The notes beneath the pieces were generated by a model. The model had not been told where the DNA came from. It did not search any database and worked only from the letters and a program-made list of their open reading frames with translations. This document shows, one piece after another, positions 59,874-64,000 of a DNA stretch of 64,000 nt. The position numbers and the translations under genes were made by a program. Numbering within the stretch: the first letter of the stretch is position 1; every line of letters begins with the position of its first letter. This DNA is from Candidatus Latescibacterota bacterium (lineage in GTDB: Bacteria; Latescibacterota; UBA2968; GCA-2709665): assembly GCA_965226795.1 (NCBI GenBank), contig CBDDDZ010000005.1, positions 960,001 through 1,024,000 of the forward strand. The letters are read 5' to 3'.

Positions 59874-61835
59874 GATGCCTGTTCCTCCCACATGCCGGCG
59901 CACACGCCTCCGGTCGCCAGCAGGTCGTCGTGCCGTCCGTCCTCGACGATGCGACCGTCCCGCAGCACCAGAATACGATCTGCCATGCGCGCGGAGCCGA
60001 GCCGGTGGCTGATCAGAAGGGCGGTTCGCCCCTCGAGGAGTTCGGCGAACTGCCGGTACAGCGCTGCCTCCGCCACGGCATCGAGGGCCGTGGCCGGTTC
60101 GTCGAGAACGAGCAACTCCGGATCACGGGTGAAGGCGCGGGCGATGGCGATGCGCTGCCATTCGCCGCCGGACAGCCCCTTCCCGCCGTCGAGGACGTGC
60201 CCGACGGGGGTGTCGTAGCCATTGGGAAGCCGTTCCGCGAGCTCGTCGGCGCCAGAGCGGCGCGCGGCCTCTCGGACCACCGCTGTGTCCGGTTGCAGCC
60301 AGGTGGGCCATAGTTCGGTGGCCGGCCCCTCCCCCGTGTTACCCAATGTGCCGATGCCGATGGATTGTCCCAGGGTGAGTTCAAACCGGCAGTAGTCCTG
60401 GAAAGCGGCACTTACGGCGTCTGACAGGCTGTCGGGGTCGATATCAGTGTAGTCCCAGACCGTCGGCCGCAACACGTCCCTTGGTCGGCCGGTAGAGACC
60501 GAGAAGGATCCTGGCCAGGGTGGACTTTCCGGCGCCGTTATCGTCGACGAGGGCGACGCGTTCGCCCGGCGCAAGGTGGAAACTGACACCCCGCAGGATG
60601 GGCGGGGCCGAATCCCCTGGAGAGGCTGCCGGGTAGGCAAAGTGGACGTTGTCGACGATAAGCCCACTGTCAATTGGCCTCGGAAACGAGGCGAATGGGG
60701 TTCCCCCTTTTTCACCAGGGGTTCGGGTCTCGGGGTCGACGCCGTCGGACAGGGCGAAGAAATCACGTACGTAACCGACTTCGGCCGAGTGGGCCTGCAG
60801 TTCCCGGGAATTGTGGCCGAGACTGGCGCCCGCGCGCAGCATGTCGTCGACACCCTGAAAAAGCGCCACGAATTGTCCGGGTGTTAGTACCCGGCCTCCG
60901 AGCAGGTATGCGAGGATGCCTGCGACGCCGAGGCCCACAGCGACACGCAACCCCGTGGCCGGCAGGCCTTCGATGACCTGGCGCTGGCGTTGGTCCAACA
61001 GCCGCTCCCTTAGTGCCCGTCGCACCGAGCGCCAGCGTTCGGTGAGTGGCGCGTGCAGGGCGAAGAGGCGCATCTCCTTCTGCTCGGTCCGCCCGGTCAG
61101 AATTCGGTCGAAGTAACCGGCCCTGCGCTCCTCCGGCGTTTCGCCGTAGGTGAAAGCCATGAACATGCGGCTCTGATCCATATCCAGACGAACCTGCGGC
61201 GCCAGTACGGCCAGCAGAACGAGGGTAATCCACGGCGAAACCACGGCGAACATGGCCGCCACGGAGACCGCCTTGATCGCGGCCTCGAATACGTGAAGGG
61301 TCGTGAAGAACAGCCGATCCAGCTTCCGTCCGGGATCCCGGGCCCGCTCCAGGCGGTTGTACGTCTCGCTTACATCGAAAAAAAGCAAGGGGAGCCGCGA
61401 CGAACGTTCCAGAAGTTGTCTGCCCAGGATGTGAGCAAGGTTCTGCTCCATCCGGAGATGGAGGATGTCTCGCACGTTCCAGAGCACTTCTATGGTGGGC
61501 AGCAGAACCAGGCCGAAGGCGATGAGCCAGGGAAGGACGTCGTTGAAGCCTTTGGAGCCGCCACCGGCGGCGTCGACAACGGAATCGACAAGGTTCCTGG
61601 TGACATGGATGAGCAGGGCGGGTTGGATGCCCAGCAGGATGTGCACGGCGATCAGACAAAGAGCGGCACCTTTTGCCTGTTTCCAGATGTGGCTCCAGGC
61701 CCATCGAAGGTTCGAAGTAACCGCACCGACGCTCTGGCGGCGGTTCCAGAATTCCAGGTCAGATCGCGGCAGCAAAGAACGCTCCCTAAAGGTACTCGTG
61801 TACGCGAGAAATCTTACTGGCAGACAGACCGACAA
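59861..61835 (-). pseudogene. ABC exporter (TMD + NBD) split by a +1 frameshift
   Basis: ORF 60444-61835 (TMD, Walker A DDNGAGKST) and 59861-60453 (AFQDY, LSGGEWQR, VLDEPA) join if one C of CCC at 60454-60456 is removed. Confidence 0.82.
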
Positions 61836-61907
61836 AGATAAGTCATCCAGTGTACGATTGCAACGAAAAATACCTCCTAAATAATTGTTTATAAATAATT
61901 TATGTGC

Positions 61908-61936
61908 TTGACATTCAGGCGGTTTTATGTTATATT
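61908..61936 (+). promoter_or_regulatory. Near-consensus sigma70 promoter
   Basis: TTGACA-N17-TATATT preceded by an AT-rich UP-like tract. Confidence 0.75.
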
Positions 61937-61942
61937 ATCTAC

Positions 61943-62003
61943 GTGGGAAATCAAAGAGGGAGTTGGAGGCAACCGCCTCCAACTCCCTCTTTTTCGTTTC
62001 TTT
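61943..62003 (+). ncRNA. Candidate ~60-nt small RNA
   Basis: Promoter immediately followed by an 18-bp perfect hairpin and T-rich tail; no ORF in between. Confidence 0.45.
61953..62003. terminator. Strong hairpin, possibly a bidirectional terminator
   Basis: AAAGAGGGAGTTGGAGGC-AACC-GCCTCCAACTCCCTCTTT then TTCGTTTCTTT. Confidence 0.75.
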
Positions 62004-62353
62004 AATTCTGCCTTCGTAACCGTCCTGGGCACCAGACCGGAGAGGTATATCGTTCAACTGAAGGCTATACAACGCAATCAGTCGGGTACCGGTGGGGCGG
62101 TTGTCGACGAGTCTGGGCGATTGTCAACCTCCGGTTAGTACGTGTTCTCAGGCTTTTCGTTCACCGCGGTTACAGCTCGTGCTGCACCTTGTCTATCGAC
62201 CAGATCGATCACCCGTTTCGGTGCCTCGATGCCTCCGTCTCATTGAGCGACAACCTGCGACCACGGACGTATATCGGTATTGGGATGGGCACGATGTGGA
62301 AGGCGCCCCGCCGCGTGAACCTTGAACAGAAATCCCGCCAATTCGTCTCCCCT

Positions 62354-62611
62354 TTATAATCGTTCATGCAGATATCGCTCTGCGTAAATATCCAACACTT
62401 TTCGGATCATGCTCTGATAGGGTACGCCATTCTCCCGGGCGCTCGACTTAAAGAAATCGACGCTTCTTTTGTTGAGATCAAGGGTCACCCGCACGGTTTC
62501 ATCTTTCAGGACAAGCTGGTCGGGAGACGGAAGAAAGTCCGGAATCACCTCGGCATGTTCGATTGCTTCCACAAGTTCAGCAAGTGCTTTTTCATATTTC
62601 GTATTGCTTAT
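62354..62611 (-). CDS. BrnA/CopG-like RHH antitoxin; expected start codon reads ATA
   Basis: DFLPSPDQLV, VRVTL.L..RSVDFFK..A...GVPYQSMIRKVLD.Y. Confidence 0.75.
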   Translation of the reverse strand: MSNTKYEKALAELVEAIEHAEVIPDFLPSPDQLVLKDETVRVTLDLNKRSVDFFKSSARENGVPYQSMIRKVLDIYAERYLHERL

Positions 62612-62879
62612 AACGCTTCCTTCCTTCGCGCCAATAACCTGCGCCAAAAATGCGAATTTTGCCGTTCCGGTACGTAAAACGGGCGGTCAATATTCAATCC
62701 TCAACCAGTCCGAAACAGAAATACCGCGTTTCGTCGGATGTGCTATGTTAACGATCAATGGCGTTTATACGATACGGGTCCATAAACACAAGCCGGGCCC
62801 TGGCAAATGTGACACCGTGTCTGACCCGGTTGAAGCGGTCCTTTTGGTCATCCCGCTCAAATACAGGGTTCGTCTTCAT
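62592..62879 (-). pseudogene. brnT: BrnT family toxin with two in-frame stops
   Basis: FE.D..K...N...HGVTF..A..VF.DP, ETRYFCFG, FTYR..KIRIFGAGYWR; TAA at 62748-62750 and TGA at 62694-62696. Confidence 0.85.
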
Positions 62880-63041
62880 TCAATCTCATAAAAATATACA
62901 CATATATCTGTAGTTTATGTCAAGACCGTTTTCACACCAAATTGGGATTCCGTCTCACCGGAGACGGGAGCTGCGTGAGCATCCCTATGCTGAGGCTGCG
63001 CGCAAACGTGGTCATTGCGTGCGTTGCCTGTGCTGACTGCA

Positions 63042-63198
63042 CTAAGCTTGTCGAAGTGGCCTGTCGGAGCAAGCCTGTCGAAAGGAACGTGTCGAAATGT
63101 GGACGCTGAGCTTGTCGAAGCGCCCGCGTTTTGCAACCCGTCGCCGACCCTCCGACAGGCTCAGGACTAGGCTTGGGGAGCGGCTCAGGGTTCAGGTG
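63042..63198. repeat. Cluster of REP-like CTGAGCTTGTCGAAG-family motifs
   Basis: Copies at 63042, 63071, 63106, inverted copy at 63149; GGCTCAGGGTTCAGGTG at 63182 is identical to 23132. Confidence 0.65.
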
Positions 63199-63257
63199 CC
63201 TTGCGATTCGGGCGATTCGACGGTAAAATGCCAGCAATCTAACGCTGGGACTTAACG

Positions 63258-64000
63258 CTAGCGATGATGGAATCCGTGACCCAACTCAAAGCGGATGCCT
63301 ATTACCAGCGCATTTTCGAGCGTCCGATCGGCGCCGGGGTTGATGATATATTGAATGTCCGGCTGGATCTTCAACCTGTCGTTGATCCGCACAAGATACG
63401 ATAATTCGATTGCTGTTTCGTGGCTACGTGCGCTGTTGGCGGCCCGAAAAGCATCGCCGCACCGCGCCATGGCGATTCCGAATTGGTCGCCCGGCCGTCC
63501 GGGGTTAAACCCCGATAGGACGGTTCCGACGCCGACGTAGCTCCCGAAGGGATTGAGCGCGTCGTTGGCGGTTCCGTAGCGAATGAAGGCTGATACGGAC
63601 CGACGTTTGGCGGGGTCCACGTAGGGCGTACCTTCGGCGAATCCGTACCAGCCGGCATTGCCGTCCCGGCGCACGGGATTCCCCCAATCGTCGGTTTCAC
63701 GAAGCGTATGGAACTCGGCACTATAAGAGAATGCCCCGAGCCCTATCCGAAACGCGCCGGAGAATCCGCGGGTGTACTCGATGGCATGCAGAACGCCCTC
63801 GCGGCTGCTCAACTTGATTGCGGTGGCCGAGGGATTTGCGGGATCGCCCGGGACGGCGTCGAGCAGCGCGTAACGTATGATATTATCGTTGTCAATCTCC
63901 CACTGCAGGCGCGCGGACAGGGACGTGAAGGGGAATACCGACGGCCCGCGCTCCCCGGTCTGGGAATAGGTGGGCACGATGCCGTGCGACCCGTTCAGAA
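63258..64000 (-). CDS. OprB family carbohydrate porin, 5' end outside the window
   Basis: DAVPGDP, GWYGFAE, RPGDQFGIA, ETAIELSY, IQPDIQYIINPG, ALVIGIRF; frame open to the window edge. Confidence 0.85.
   Translation of the reverse strand, partial: LNGSHGIVPTYSQTGERGPSVFPFTSLSARLQWEIDNDNIIRYALLDAVPGDPANPSATAIKLSSREGVLHAIEYTRGFSGAFRIGLGAFSYSAEFHTLRETDDWGNPVRRDGNAGWYGFAEGTPYVDPAKRRSVSAFIRYGTANDALNPFGSYVGVGTVLSGFNPGRPGDQFGIAMARCGDAFRAANSARSHETAIELSYLVRINDRLKIQPDIQYIINPGADRTLENALVIGIRFELGHGFHHR

Overview
Bacterial, GC-rich chromosome segment with three parts. (1) 1-25.5 kb: mostly + strand catabolic/housekeeping genes (D-2-hydroxyacid dehydrogenase, DUF1015, EamA, atypical GH38, cysteine hydrolase, enolase-superfamily dehydratase, D-aminoacylase, Ntn acylase, CoA transferase AB, creatininase-like, FAH, desaturase-like, two tandem uncharacterised paralogues, Zn-ADH, MBL hydrolase). 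(2) about 26.1-51.5 kb: a defence island bracketed by a diverged ~300-bp direct repeat (3' end of a gamma-glutamylcyclotransferase gene plus downstream DNA). Its core is a restriction-modification-like trio: HTH-SNF2 helicase-DUF3883 nuclease, DUF1156 DNA methyltransferase and DUF499 ATPase. The two gaps between the core genes hold co-directional cargo: a HEPN/DUF5677-like gene, a complete SPARTA-type TIR-APAZ + short prokaryotic Argonaute pair, a P-loop ATPase fused to a PD-(D/E)xK nuclease, and an ABC-ATPase/DUF4276 pair. Downstream are toxin-antitoxin and HsdS relics, an ATPase-TOPRIM fusion and two DEDDh exonucleases. (3) 51.5-64 kb: TA modules, sbcDC, a tandem ABC exporter pair (one frameshifted), a candidate ~60-nt sRNA, a decayed brnTA and a partial OprB porin. 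No CRISPR array, tRNA, rRNA, integrase or transposase was seen. All family calls come from motif recognition by eye, not database searches.
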